Shown one piece after another: positions 39,736 to 49,757 of a stretch of DNA of 58,824 nucleotides (the stretch's first letter is position 1; each line of letters opens with the position of its first letter). The stretch is from Acidobacteriota bacterium. Its GTDB lineage: Bacteria > Acidobacteriota > Thermoanaerobaculia > Gp7-AA8. The stretch lies in assembly GCA_019244185.1 (NCBI GenBank), contig JAFATB010000001.1:1-58824 (forward strand), read 5' to 3'. The translations under genes were made by a program, and so were the position numbers. Under the pieces are notes generated by a model. That model saw nothing but the letters and a program-made list of their open reading frames with translations. It did not search any database and was not told where the DNA came from.

Positions 39736-41370
39736 ATGCAATCGGCCCCGCCGCGCGCGGAAGTCACCGTCTACTCGCCGCTGTTCTCACCGTTCCGGCA
39801 GCCGCTCGATGGAGCTGCTGTCTCGATCGGCCGCGCGTCCGATTGCACGATCCCCATCAAAGACCGCTATCTCTCGCGCAAGCACGCCGAGATCGTCGCC
39901 GTCGACGGCGCGTGGATCCTCAAGGACCTCGGCAGCGCGAACGGCACGTACCTCAACGGCTCGCGCGTCGAACGCGATCAGACGCTCAAGACCGGCGATC
40001 GCATTCGCCTCGGCGATACGGAAATCGTCTTCGAAACGACCGATCGCAACACCGATCGCTTCATCGCCGTCGCCGACACCGGCGGCGCGAGCCCGACGAT
40101 CGCGATCCCCGTCCACGAAATCGCCGATCGCCCCGAGGAACAGGATGTCGCGCGGCTGCAAACGCTGACGCTCCTCGCGCGCGAGCTCATCGAAGACCGG
40201 CCGATGGAAGAGCTGTTCGGCTTCATCGTCGATCGCGTGATGGAGCACCTCCATCCGTCGCGCGCCGCGATCGCGCTCCTCGGCCCCGACGGCCGCTCCT
40301 TCACGAAAGTCGAAGTGCGCCGCCAGGACAAGAACGATGCATCCGAGCTCACGATCAGCCATACGCTGCTCACGGAGATCGTCGAGGAAAAGAAGGCGCT
40401 CGCGTTCGTCGACGTCAGCGTCGACGAAAAGCTCCGTTCCGCGCAGTCGATCATCATGCAGGGCATCCACTCGATCCTCTGCACGCCGCTGATGATCGGC
40501 AAAGCAGTCGTCGGCGTGCTGTATGTCGACTACCTCTTCACGCAACGCTCGATCTCCGAGGATGACGTGAGGCTCGTCGCGCAGATCGGCCGGTTCGCGG
40601 CGATCAAGCTCGAAACGACGCGGCTGCGCGAGGAAGCGATCGAGAAGCGGATCATGGACGAGGAGCTCAAGACCGCGTCCAACATCCAGCGGCGGCTGCT
40701 CCCCGTCGCGCCGACCGGCATCGACGGCTACACGTTCGTCGGCCGCAACCAGCCGTGCCGCACGGTCAGCGGCGATTATTACGATTTCGTCGTACGTCCC
40801 GACGGCAAGGTGTACTTCGTGATCGGCGACGTCAGCGGCAAGGGCGTGACCGCCGGTCTCATGATGGCCGGACTCCAGGTCGCGTTCCGCATCTTCTCGA
40901 AGAGCGATCCCGACCCGGCGTCGCTCGTCGGCCAGCTCAACGTCTCGCTCAAGGAAAACCTCCCGCAGTCGAAGTTCGTGACGCTCTTCGCGGGCAGGCT
41001 CGACACGAAGACCGGCGACATCGAGTACGTGAACGCGGGCCACACGCCGCCGCTGTGGCTGCGCGAGAACGAGATGGTCGAGCTGACGGAAACCGATCTG
41101 CTCCTCGGCGTCGTGACGCGCGCGCACTTCGAGAACCGGCACGTCCAGCTCGCGCCTGGCGACTCGCTCGTGCTATTCACGGACGGCGTCTCCGAGGCGC
41201 GCAACGCGGAGGGCGTGGAGCTCGGCGCGGAACTGCCGCTCGAGAACCTGCACGGCGTGAAAGCCGAGGCGATCGCGAGGGCGGTGAACGATGCGGTGCT
41301 CGCGCATGTCGGAGACGCGGAGAACCTCGACGACGACGTCACGCTGGTCGTCGTCAGCCGCAGCGCCTGA
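39736..41370 (+). CDS. FHA-GAF-PP2C (SpoIIE/RsbU-type) serine phosphatase
   Basis: FHA (IGR..SRKHA..DLGSANGTYLNG), GAF, PP2C (SGDYYD, GDVSGKG, FTDGVSEA, DDVT). Confidence 0.94.
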   Translation: MQSAPPRAEVTVYSPLFSPFRQPLDGAAVSIGRASDCTIPIKDRYLSRKHAEIVAVDGAWILKDLGSANGTYLNGSRVERDQTLKTGDRIRLGDTEIVFETTDRNTDRFIAVADTGGASPTIAIPVHEIADRPEEQDVARLQTLTLLARELIEDRPMEELFGFIVDRVMEHLHPSRAAIALLGPDGRSFTKVEVRRQDKNDASELTISHTLLTEIVEEKKALAFVDVSVDEKLRSAQSIIMQGIHSILCTPLMIGKAVVGVLYVDYLFTQRSISEDDVRLVAQIGRFAAIKLETTRLREEAIEKRIMDEELKTASNIQRRLLPVAPTGIDGYTFVGRNQPCRTVSGDYYDFVVRPDGKVYFVIGDVSGKGVTAGLMMAGLQVAFRIFSKSDPDPASLVGQLNVSLKENLPQSKFVTLFAGRLDTKTGDIEYVNAGHTPPLWLRENEMVELTETDLLLGVVTRAHFENRHVQLAPGDSLVLFTDGVSEARNAEGVELGAELPLENLHGVKAEAIARAVNDAVLAHVGDAENLDDDVTLVVVSRSA

Positions 41371-41400
41371 GGAACGCGCTTTGCGTTGAAGGCAGCGCCG

Positions 41401-42666
41401 ATGGCTCACCTCGTTCGCGCGCTCCGCCACCGCAACTACCGGCTCTTTTTCGGAGGGCAAGGCGTTTCGCTGGTGGGCACGTGGATCACGCGCATCGCCA
41501 CGAGCTGGCTCGTCTATCGCCTCACCGGCTCCGAGCTCCTCCTCGGCGTCGTCGGCTTCGCGGGTCAGATCCCGATGCTCATCCTCGCGCCGTTCGCGGG
41601 CGTGCTCGTCGACCGCTGGAATCGCCACAGGATTCTCGTCGTGACGCAGGTGCTCTCCGCGCTGCAGTCGCTCGCGCTGGCGGTGCTCGCGCTGCGCGGC
41701 ATCATCACCGTGGCCGAAGTAATCGCGCTGCAGGTCGCGCAAGGCATCATCAACTCGTTCGATACGCCGGCGCGGCAGGCGTTCGTCGTGGAGATGGTCG
41801 ACGATCGCGCCGATCTGCCGAATGCGATCGCGCTGAACTCGTCGATGTTCAACGGCTCGCGCATCATCGGCCCGTCGATCGGCGGCGTGATGATCGCCGC
41901 CATGGGCGAAGGATGGTGCTTCGCCGTCGATGCGATCTCGTACGTCGCGGTGATCCTCTCGCTCGTCGCGATGCGCCTTCCGGAAGTCGCGCCGCAGACG
42001 CGCAAGTCGCGTCTCGCGGAGGAGCTGCACACCGGCTTCCGCTATGTGCTCGACTTCCCGCCCGTGCGCGCGTTGCTCGTGCAGGTCGCGCTCGTCGGCA
42101 CGCTCGGCATGCCGTACGCGGTGCTGATGCCGGTCATCGCGTCGAAGGTCCTGCACGGCGGACCGCACACGCTCGGCCTGCTCATGACCGCCTCCGGCGC
42201 GGGCGCGCTGATCGGCACGGCGTATCTCGCCTCGCGGCACACGGTGGTTGGCCTCGGCAAGGTGATCGTTGTCGCGACGGCGGGGCTCAGCGTCGGCCTG
42301 ATCGCGTTCTCGCTCTCGCGCAACCTCGCCATGTCGCTCATCGTGCTGCCGCTCGTCGGCGCGGGCATGATGCTGCAGGCGGCATCGGCGAACACGATCC
42401 TGCAGACGCTCGTCGACGAAGATCTGCGCGGCCGCGTGATGGCGTTCTACACGGTTGCGGTGCTCGGCACGCAGCCGATCGGCAGTCTGGTGGCCGGCAT
42501 CGCCGCCGACCGCATCGGCGCCCCGAAAACGATCCTCGCCGGCGCCATCTGCTGCCTCGGCGCCGGCCTCTGGTTCGCGATGCAGCGCGGCGAGCTCGCA
42601 AAGCACGTGCGCCCGATCTACATCGAGCGCGGGATTCTGCCGCCGCTCGAGGAGACGACGAACTAA
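41401..42666 (+). CDS. MFS transporter
   Basis: ALRHRNYRLFF, GVLVDRWNRHR, PARQAFV, LRGRVM; ~12 TMs. Confidence 0.93.
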   Translation: MAHLVRALRHRNYRLFFGGQGVSLVGTWITRIATSWLVYRLTGSELLLGVVGFAGQIPMLILAPFAGVLVDRWNRHRILVVTQVLSALQSLALAVLALRGIITVAEVIALQVAQGIINSFDTPARQAFVVEMVDDRADLPNAIALNSSMFNGSRIIGPSIGGVMIAAMGEGWCFAVDAISYVAVILSLVAMRLPEVAPQTRKSRLAEELHTGFRYVLDFPPVRALLVQVALVGTLGMPYAVLMPVIASKVLHGGPHTLGLLMTASGAGALIGTAYLASRHTVVGLGKVIVVATAGLSVGLIAFSLSRNLAMSLIVLPLVGAGMMLQAASANTILQTLVDEDLRGRVMAFYTVAVLGTQPIGSLVAGIAADRIGAPKTILAGAICCLGAGLWFAMQRGELAKHVRPIYIERGILPPLEETTN

Positions 42667-43808
42667 CTCAATCCCTTTGCCGCGAGCCAGCCCGCGAATC
42701 GCTCCGCAGCTTCCGCCGCGAGGAGATACGCCACCGGTTCCGCGGGCAGCCCGCGCGCGAAAAACCGCCCGCCTGCACTCCAGTACAAAGCGATGCCGCC
42801 GTCCCCTTTGGCAATGATGTCGAAGACGTCTCCGTCGCCGACGCGGCCGCCCGCGTCGATCGCCGAGGCAACGACATGCTTCGCATCGAACTCGCCGATC
42901 GCGATCGCGCCGTCCTGCGTCGTTCCCGCCGCAACAAACGTGTTTCCGCTCGCGATGAGGCGAAGGTTCTCGATTGCTGCACTCGCGAGGACCGCGTGCA
43001 CGTGAGTCGGCGTGGCGTCGCCGTTGTTCGGCAGCACGAGTCCCTCGGCACCGGAAGCACTCGCCGCAACGATGCCGACCGTACCCGCGTCATCCGCCGC
43101 CATCGCGATGGCGCTGTAGGTCGTGTTCTGCGGGAACGGCAAACGCGTCGTCGCCGCCTCGCCACTGCTGAACGTGTACAGCGTGACCGCGGACGTGCCT
43201 TCGAGAAATGCGACCGCGACGCGCTCTTCGCCGAGCCGCACGGCCTGCCAGCGTGACCGCTCGATCTGCTCGGCACGCCCGCGCCGGATCGCACCCAATT
43301 CCTTGACGCCCGCGGCTGTGACGAGAAAGGCGCGCAGATCCGAGTCGTCGCCGTTCATCGCCTTGAGGAGCACGCCGCCAGGCTCGCTCCCGAACAGCGG
43401 TAGCCAGCCGCGCGTATCGCGCCGGTCCTCCTCCGCGTACAACGTCGCGTTGGGACGAGCCTCGCTGGCGAGACTGATCACGAATCGCCGGCTCTGCGTC
43501 CCGCACCGCGTGTACCACCACTGCTCGTCAGGCGGCGTGACGAGCGCTTCGCCCCAGCACGGCGACCATTCCTCCGGCACCTGCAGCAGCGTCTGCGCAT
43601 CATCCATCACGACGCGGCGCGCGCCCCATCGGATCGCATTGCCCTCGACGACGATCCGGTGCTGATGCGCCTCCGCAATCGCGAGCACGCCGTCCGCCGT
43701 CATCTCGATCGCACGGCGATCGTGCAGATGCGCGACGTCACGCGCGAGCGGGCCGGCGCACGTCGCGAACGGCGCCAGCCCGAGGAAGGCGAAGAGGATT
43801 TTAAGCAC
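42663..43808 (-). CDS. Secreted hypothetical protein (381 aa, beta-rich)
   Basis: GTG 43808 overlaps upstream peptide stop by 8 nt; signal-like MLKILFAFLGLAPFATCAG; atypical codon usage. Confidence 0.65.
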   Translation of the reverse strand: MLKILFAFLGLAPFATCAGPLARDVAHLHDRRAIEMTADGVLAIAEAHQHRIVVEGNAIRWGARRVVMDDAQTLLQVPEEWSPCWGEALVTPPDEQWWYTRCGTQSRRFVISLASEARPNATLYAEEDRRDTRGWLPLFGSEPGGVLLKAMNGDDSDLRAFLVTAAGVKELGAIRRGRAEQIERSRWQAVRLGEERVAVAFLEGTSAVTLYTFSSGEAATTRLPFPQNTTYSAIAMAADDAGTVGIVAASASGAEGLVLPNNGDATPTHVHAVLASAAIENLRLIASGNTFVAAGTTQDGAIAIGEFDAKHVVASAIDAGGRVGDGDVFDIIAKGDGGIALYWSAGGRFFARGLPAEPVAYLLAAEAAERFAGWLAAKGLS

Positions 43809-44115
43809 GCCGCAATGTGAAGCCACCGGTGGGCTTCTGACCGCTTCGCGGCTCCGCCTTGTCGGGGAGAGGTCCCGACGGCTTTCGCGGGAGCAAATCG
43901 CCGCGCTGCGACGGCGCAGAAAGCGGCTCGATGCATCCGCTGTCGTGCACGCATGGCTCGCCGAATCCGCCGTAGCAGTAGAACCCACCATTGGGAAGTC
44001 CCGACACGCAACCGCGGTGTGCGCCGCCTCCGCCCGGGCAGTCTTCACACGCAAATACAGACGGCGCGGCAACCAACATGAGGATCCCGAAGATGGGCCA
44101 GAACGTTCGTTTCAT
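43801..44115 (-). CDS. Secreted Cys-rich peptide precursor (104 aa: signal, 6-Cys core, follower)
   Basis: AAGGAG SD, ATGA overlap with upstream stop; MKRTFWPIFGILMLVAAPSVFA|CEDC...C...C...C...C. Buried in a longer spurious track ORF. Confidence 0.8.
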   Translation of the reverse strand: MKRTFWPIFGILMLVAAPSVFACEDCPGGGGAHRGCVSGLPNGGFYCYGGFGEPCVHDSGCIEPLSAPSQRGDLLPRKPSGPLPDKAEPRSGQKPTGGFTLRRA

Positions 44116-47100
44116 CGCGAATTCTCCTTCTCTCGTTTCGGCTCGGTGTCTCCACCTCGCAGCTCGATCTGCTTTCGCTCTCCGGCATGCAGCGTCACTT
44201 CGGCGATGGGCTCGAGAAGTCCCGACGTCAGCGTCACCCAATCCTGCAGGGACGCGACGCGCATCACCTTCCATGTATCGGCGGCCACTTGCGGAATCAC
44301 CAGCGCGGCCGAGCGGGCATCGCCGCGTAGATACCGCGTCGCGTTCAGCAGCCGGCCGTCGGTCGACAGCAGCCAGAAGGTCATCAGCCGATTGACGTTC
44401 GGTACGTGACTGACGATCAGTTCCGCGGAATCGGCAGGAAGCGAGAGGTCCGCGTTCTGACCGGCACGCAGACGATAGGCCTGTGCACCGCTCGACGATG
44501 CGACACTGCAGAGACTCTCTCCCGCCGAGGTTGAGGCTTCGAGCTCGAAGGTGCCGTCGTCCGCGGTCGTCGCGGAGCTCATGGACGCGATCGCACCGGG
44601 GCTCACGCACGTGACGATCGCGCCCGCTACGGGAACGCCAGTGACATCGCGGAGCGTGCCGCGGAGTGAGCGCGTGTCGGAAAGACGAAGATGCACTTCG
44701 GCAGAAGAGGCACCCACGCGCACCTCGCTGGCAGCAGCGAGTCCGTGCTCCGCGTCGGTTGCAGTGACGGTCCACATTCCTGCGGCGAGATTCGCGATGT
44801 CCGCGTCTCCGCGTTCATCGGTCGCCACCTCGACCGTGTCCTGCTTCTCCATGCCGAGGTTCGTGTCGGCGAGTTGGCTCGCGGTTACGATCGCACCTGC
44901 AGCCGGCGAATCGCCGCGTCGGACATCGACATGAATCGAACCGGCCGGCAGCACGACATTCACCGGCTGCGCGGGGTTCTCGAATGACAGCGCCCCGACC
45001 CAGAGGTACCGTGCCGGCTCGAACGTCCGCATGTCGACGAGATAGCGATCGAGCCGCGGAAGGATGACCTGGAACTCGCCATTCGCGTCGGTCGGAACAG
45101 ACGGCACCGTGTCGGTGAGCTGCACGCCGCGGATGTCGAGATTGCCTCTGATTGGCTTGCCGTTGAGCGTGACGCGGCCGGTGAAGACATACGGCTCGAG
45201 AACGACGTCGAGATGCTTTGTCTCGGCGGGGTCGAGATGGATGCTCTTCCCGACGACAGGCTGTACGTTCTTGCCGGTAGAGATCAGCGCGGTGATACGC
45301 CAGTCGCCGCTGTGGAGGCCATGAAACGTCACTGGGCCGCTCGCCGAGAAGGGCTCGCGCCGCTGGTCGTGCGAACCTGCATCACCATCGGGATCGAGCA
45401 CGAGCAGACGGATCGCGCTCTGCGGAAAGCGCTCGCGGAAACTCGCATCGAGCTCCGCACGGACCACGAGCGTCGCCGGACGGTCGATCCGGAGCGGATC
45501 GATCGTCGTTTCGGCGCCGGGCAGAACGCGTCGTTCGACCGTCGCCGATGTGCCGTCCGGCGTCGTCGCCGACATGGCGAGCATCCGGTGCGCAGGTAGA
45601 TCACCGATGTATACCCAACCATCGGGACCCGTCGCCCCGTGCGCAAGCGGGCGCTCATCCGCGTACGCGGCGGTGCTCTTGGCGCGAACGTCGACGGTCG
45701 CGTCGGCGATTGCGTGTCCTTCGTCGTCGGTCACATGAATCGCCGCCTTACCGCTCTGGAACAGCGTGAACTCGCCGAGCCATGTCGTTTGTGCAGTCGG
45801 CAACGATCGGGCGAGCGTCAACGGGCCGAATGGAGTGAAACGCGCCACGAGACCCGCGCAATTGGCCGGAGCATCGAAGCGAATCGTCCCGTCTTTGGCG
45901 ACGGACACCGGCACGTCGATCCCCGCGGAGCCCTTGCAGTCGTGAAACGCGAGAACGCCGGCTCGCGGAATCGCAACGCTGCCGTCGCTCGATCGGATCT
46001 GCATTCCTCCGCGCGCCAGGTCAACGACGACGCCTTCCATCGTATGCGCGTCCATCGGCGTGGCATCGGTCGCACTTCCGACGAGGTCGTTCGCCGTCGT
46101 GCCGACAAAGGGTCCGCGCTCCGCCGGCGCGGCGATGTGCAACAAGACGCCGCCACTCGTCTCCTCGAACGCGTGACGCACCGGCGCGCCGGACGCATCG
46201 GTGACCTTCAGACCGTCGAGCTCGTCGCCGGTGCTTCCATTGAGATAGAGCGCCGATGACGAGATCTTGTCGTTGGTCATCGAAGGTAGCGCAACGGACA
46301 CCTCGCGTTTCGCGTCCGCGGCAAGCGTCACGGTCGTGAGGAGTGATGCTGCCGTGAATGTTTTCGGGTCGACCGGCTGCGCATAGATCGAGTAGTCACC
46401 GGCAGGCAGATTCGCCCAGGTCAGCGACGGCGCGCGCGCGACGCGCGCCCAATACTGACTCTGCCAGCCTGCGGGAATCGTCGTCACGATCGGAGCTTCC
46501 GCGGCAACGAGAGTAACGACCATGTGCGGGTCGGGGCGGTCGACGTGGAGCACGAGTTGCGCTCCTCGTTTCAAGGTGAACGCAACGTTCGAAGCACTGT
46601 CGTGTTCGTGCCACGCCGTCGCGTATCCGGCCGCCTCGGCGCTCAACGCGCTTTTCTCGCCGGCAGGCAACGCCAGCGACCAGGTGCCGTCTGCGGCAGT
46701 CGTCGTCTGCCATTGATTGCCGATGAACGCTCTCGCCATTTCGCTCAGCTGGCCGAGCGGCGCGTCGACACGCGCATCGACGGCGGAGACGGTCGCATGT
46801 GGAACCGAATGTCCGTCACTATCGCGGACCGTTCCATTGAATGTGACGGCGGGCGGTAGCGTCACTGAGACATCGCGCGATTCCGCGAAGAAATACGACC
46901 TGTCCTTCAGGAAATTGCCGTCGGCGGTTGCCGCGATCACCCGATAAACGCCTGGCGAGACGCGAAAGGTCGTCTGTCCGTTACGCGCGATCGTTTCCGC
47001 AAGCGGCTGCGACCACGGCCGCCACGGCGGCAGCAGCGCGACGTAAGCCGCATCGACAGGCTTTCCGGGAGAAAGAATCGAGACATGAAGCTCGATCGGC

Positions 47101-47207
47101 GCAGGAGTCGTGGATGCGGGAGCGGCCGATCCCGGCAGCGCGTTGACCATCGCGACCGTGAAGAAGAGCCAACGCGGGCAAGCACGACGCAACCAGCGCG
47201 AGGACAT
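44112..47207 (-). CDS. Large secreted protein with multiple carboxypeptidase-regulatory-like (Ig/prealbumin-fold) repeats
   Basis: Repeats such as GTVRDSDGHSVPHATV..TAADGTW, VTDDEGHAIADATV..TGPDG, GRVTLNGKP..TDANGEF, GTLRDVTGVPVAGAIV..TADDGTF. Confidence 0.82.
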   Translation of the reverse strand: MSSRWLRRACPRWLFFTVAMVNALPGSAAPASTTPAPIELHVSILSPGKPVDAAYVALLPPWRPWSQPLAETIARNGQTTFRVSPGVYRVIAATADGNFLKDRSYFFAESRDVSVTLPPAVTFNGTVRDSDGHSVPHATVSAVDARVDAPLGQLSEMARAFIGNQWQTTTAADGTWSLALPAGEKSALSAEAAGYATAWHEHDSASNVAFTLKRGAQLVLHVDRPDPHMVVTLVAAEAPIVTTIPAGWQSQYWARVARAPSLTWANLPAGDYSIYAQPVDPKTFTAASLLTTVTLAADAKREVSVALPSMTNDKISSSALYLNGSTGDELDGLKVTDASGAPVRHAFEETSGGVLLHIAAPAERGPFVGTTANDLVGSATDATPMDAHTMEGVVVDLARGGMQIRSSDGSVAIPRAGVLAFHDCKGSAGIDVPVSVAKDGTIRFDAPANCAGLVARFTPFGPLTLARSLPTAQTTWLGEFTLFQSGKAAIHVTDDEGHAIADATVDVRAKSTAAYADERPLAHGATGPDGWVYIGDLPAHRMLAMSATTPDGTSATVERRVLPGAETTIDPLRIDRPATLVVRAELDASFRERFPQSAIRLLVLDPDGDAGSHDQRREPFSASGPVTFHGLHSGDWRITALISTGKNVQPVVGKSIHLDPAETKHLDVVLEPYVFTGRVTLNGKPIRGNLDIRGVQLTDTVPSVPTDANGEFQVILPRLDRYLVDMRTFEPARYLWVGALSFENPAQPVNVVLPAGSIHVDVRRGDSPAAGAIVTASQLADTNLGMEKQDTVEVATDERGDADIANLAAGMWTVTATDAEHGLAAASEVRVGASSAEVHLRLSDTRSLRGTLRDVTGVPVAGAIVTCVSPGAIASMSSATTADDGTFELEASTSAGESLCSVASSSGAQAYRLRAGQNADLSLPADSAELIVSHVPNVNRLMTFWLLSTDGRLLNATRYLRGDARSAALVIPQVAADTWKVMRVASLQDWVTLTSGLLEPIAEVTLHAGERKQIELRGGDTEPKREKENSR

Positions 47208-47220
47208 GTCGTGTCCGCGC

Positions 47221-47250
47221 AGCTTAGAGGAAAGATGGAAAAACGGTCAA
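47221..47250 (-). promoter_or_regulatory. sigma70 promoter of the three-gene peptide operon
   Basis: TTGACC-N18-TAAGCT in an AT-rich intergenic gap, 13 nt before ATG 47207. Confidence 0.6.
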
Positions 47251-47269
47251 ACGCGATAAAGGCGTTCCG

Positions 47270-47632
47270 TCACTCCAGCCCCTCCTCCGCCAGCCACACC
47301 TCGATCGCGCGCGTCGCCTGGTCGTTCTTGAAGTTGAAGAACGAGCGTTCGATGCGGCGGTCCTCGGAGAGCACGGCTCGAAAGGCGTTGGCGTCGGGGG
47401 CGGCGCGGGCGAGCTCGTTGCGCATGGGGGACGGCGGGAGTTTGTCGACGAAGAGGCGGCGGTCTTCTTCTTCGGACTCGGGGGTGCGGGTGGGGATGCG
47501 GCGGAAGCGCGCGGCGTCGCCGGGCGCGTCGGCGTCGAGCGGGAGGTCGATGATGTCGCCGGTCTCGAGGTCGAGCCAGTGCGCGAGCGCGACGCCGAGG
47601 TAAGCGACTTGCAGTCCGTCGAGGTCGATCAT
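47270..47632 (-). CDS. UPF0158-family protein
   Basis: IDLDGLQ..HWLDLETGDII, AFRAVL, WLAEEGL pattern; start set to avoid overlap with murQ. Confidence 0.65.
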   Translation of the reverse strand: MIDLDGLQVAYLGVALAHWLDLETGDIIDLPLDADAPGDAARFRRIPTRTPESEEEDRRLFVDKLPPSPMRNELARAAPDANAFRAVLSEDRRIERSFFNFKNDQATRAIEVWLAEEGLE

Positions 47633-47666
47633 GAGCGGTTCCGTCGCGATGATATCTTCAAGCGCC

Positions 47667-48533
47667 ATGAGCTCGGACCGGCTCGAGGCCAGCCTCGACA
47701 TCGATCAGCGGCCGGCGATCGACATCGTGCGCATCATCCAGCAGCAGGACGCGACGATCGCCGGCGCGGTCGCGGCGCAGGCCGAGCGCATCGCGCATGC
47801 TGTCGACGAAATCGTCGAGCGCATGCGTCACGGCGGGCGGATGATCTACGCCGGCGCGGGCACGAGCGGGCGCATCGCCATGCTCGACGCGTCGGAGCTG
47901 CCGCCGACGTACGGCATCGACGCGGATCGCGTGCGCGTGCTCATGGCCGGCGGCACGCGCGCGTTCTTCGAAGCGGCTGAGGGCGCGGAAGACGACGAGG
48001 ACGCGGCCATCGACGCGGTGAACGCAAACGTGACCGCCGAGGATGCGCTAGTCGGAGTCGCGGCCTCGGGGACCACGCCGTTCACCGTCGCCGCCGTGCG
48101 CCGCGCGAACATGCTCGGCGCGCTCACCGTCGCGGTCACGAATCGCGCGAACACGCCGCTCGCGCAGCACGCGGACATCCCCATCGTCGTCGAGACCGGC
48201 GCGGAAGTGATCATGGGCTCGAGCCGCATGAAAGCCGGCACCGCGCAGAAGCTCGTCCTGAACACGCTGTCGACAGCGGTCATGATCCGCCTTGGCCGCG
48301 TCCACTCGAACCTGATGATCGACATGCCGGCCACGAACGCAAAGCTGCGCGATCGCGCGGTGCGGATGGTGGAACTCGCCGCCGGCGTTCCGCGTCCCGT
48401 CGCGATGAACGCGATTCGCGAGGCTGACGGAAACGTGCGTCTCGCCAGCGTCATCGCCAAACGGCGCGTCGGCGTCGACGAGGCGCGCGCGCTGCTGGAG
48501 AACGCGAGCCTGCGGGAGGTGCTGCACTCGTGA
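47667..48533 (+). CDS. murQ: N-acetylmuramic acid 6-phosphate etherase
   Basis: GAGTSGR, LDASELPPTYG, AEGAED, ASGTTPF, RMKAGTAQKLVLN. Confidence 0.95.
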   Translation: MSSDRLEASLDIDQRPAIDIVRIIQQQDATIAGAVAAQAERIAHAVDEIVERMRHGGRMIYAGAGTSGRIAMLDASELPPTYGIDADRVRVLMAGGTRAFFEAAEGAEDDEDAAIDAVNANVTAEDALVGVAASGTTPFTVAAVRRANMLGALTVAVTNRANTPLAQHADIPIVVETGAEVIMGSSRMKAGTAQKLVLNTLSTAVMIRLGRVHSNLMIDMPATNAKLRDRAVRMVELAAGVPRPVAMNAIREADGNVRLASVIAKRRVGVDEARALLENASLREVLHS

Positions 48534-49732
48534 GCCGCCTCGAGCGCCTGATGCACGTCGCGACGAAATACTCGCGGCGCATCATCGGCCTCATGTCCGG
48601 AACCTCGCTCGACGCCATCGACGTGGCGATGGTGCGCATCCAGAAGCACGGCCTCAACGCCGTCGTGAAGCTCGAGCACTTCCGCGAATATCCGTACCCG
48701 CCGAAAATCCGCGGCGTCGTGCGCGAGCTCTTCGATCCGAAGCGCGCGCGCATCGATGACATCTGCCGTTACGACTTCATCCTCGGCGAAGTCTTCGCCG
48801 CCGCCGTGCTGCGGATGCTCGAAGAAACGAAGATCAAACCCGAGACCGTCGATCTCGTGGCGTCGGCCGGACAGACCATCTGGCACGATCCGGAGATGAG
48901 CATCGTCGAGCCGGACGTCGACTGGATCTCGCATCCGCTCGAAACGCGCTCCACGTTCGCCATCGGCCAGAGCGCCGTCATCGCCGAGCGCACCGGCATC
49001 ATCACCGTCGGCGACCTGCGCGTGCGCGACGTCGCCGCGGGCGGCCAGGGCGCGCCGCTCGTGCCGTACTTCGACTGGGTCCTGCTGCGCCACAAATCGC
49101 GCGGGCGCTGCATCCAGAACATCGGCGGCATCGGCAACGTCACCTACATCCCGCCGAAAGCCACATGGGAAGACGTCATCGCCTTCGACACCGGCCCCGG
49201 CAACATGATCATCGACGAGCTGGCGTGGACGGCGACGAACGGCCGCCAGACGTACGACATCGACGGCGCGCTCGCGGCGCTAGGCAGCGTGCGCGAGGAA
49301 CTGCTCGAGCGCTGGATGAGCGATCCGTACTTCGCGAAGTCGCCGCCGAAGACGACCGGCCGCGAGCTGTTCGGCGCGCAGTTCGCGCGGCGCATCCTCG
49401 CGGAATCGCCGGGCGTCGCGATCCACGATCTCATCGCCACCGCGACGGCGCTGACCGCGGAGAGCATCGCCCGCGCGTACCGCGACTTCATCCATCCGCG
49501 CGGCCCCGTGCACGAGGTCATGCTCGCCGGCGGCGGCGCGAAGAACCCGACCCTCGTGCGCATGCTGCAGGAGCGCATGCCGAAGCAGAAGCTCCTCATC
49601 TACAAGGCCAGCGAGGCGAAGGAAGCGATGGCCATGGCCATGATCGCGAACGACTCGGTGGTCGGACTGATCACGAACGTTGCAGGAGCCACCGGCGGAA
49701 GACCGACGGTACTCGGGAAGATCTGTCTGTGA
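48530..49732 (+). CDS. anmK: Anhydro-N-acetylmuramic acid kinase
   Basis: GLMSGTSLDAID, GGQGAPLVP, NIGGIGN, FDTGPGN, PPKTTGRE, KEA. Confidence 0.94.
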   Translation: MSRLERLMHVATKYSRRIIGLMSGTSLDAIDVAMVRIQKHGLNAVVKLEHFREYPYPPKIRGVVRELFDPKRARIDDICRYDFILGEVFAAAVLRMLEETKIKPETVDLVASAGQTIWHDPEMSIVEPDVDWISHPLETRSTFAIGQSAVIAERTGIITVGDLRVRDVAAGGQGAPLVPYFDWVLLRHKSRGRCIQNIGGIGNVTYIPPKATWEDVIAFDTGPGNMIIDELAWTATNGRQTYDIDGALAALGSVREELLERWMSDPYFAKSPPKTTGRELFGAQFARRILAESPGVAIHDLIATATALTAESIARAYRDFIHPRGPVHEVMLAGGGAKNPTLVRMLQERMPKQKLLIYKASEAKEAMAMAMIANDSVVGLITNVAGATGGRPTVLGKICL

Positions 49733-49757
49733 TGCGCCTCCGCGGCGCGAACTTCCG

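Noticed and set aside
43811-43825. TGGCTTCACATTGCG, similar to the SLT sigma54 site
   Set aside because: Spacing is GG-N9-GC, and it lies inside the peptide CDS next to a coupled start.
42663-47270. Mobile element or prophage explanation for the atypical region
   Set aside because: No integrase, transposase, tRNA target or flanking direct repeats seen.
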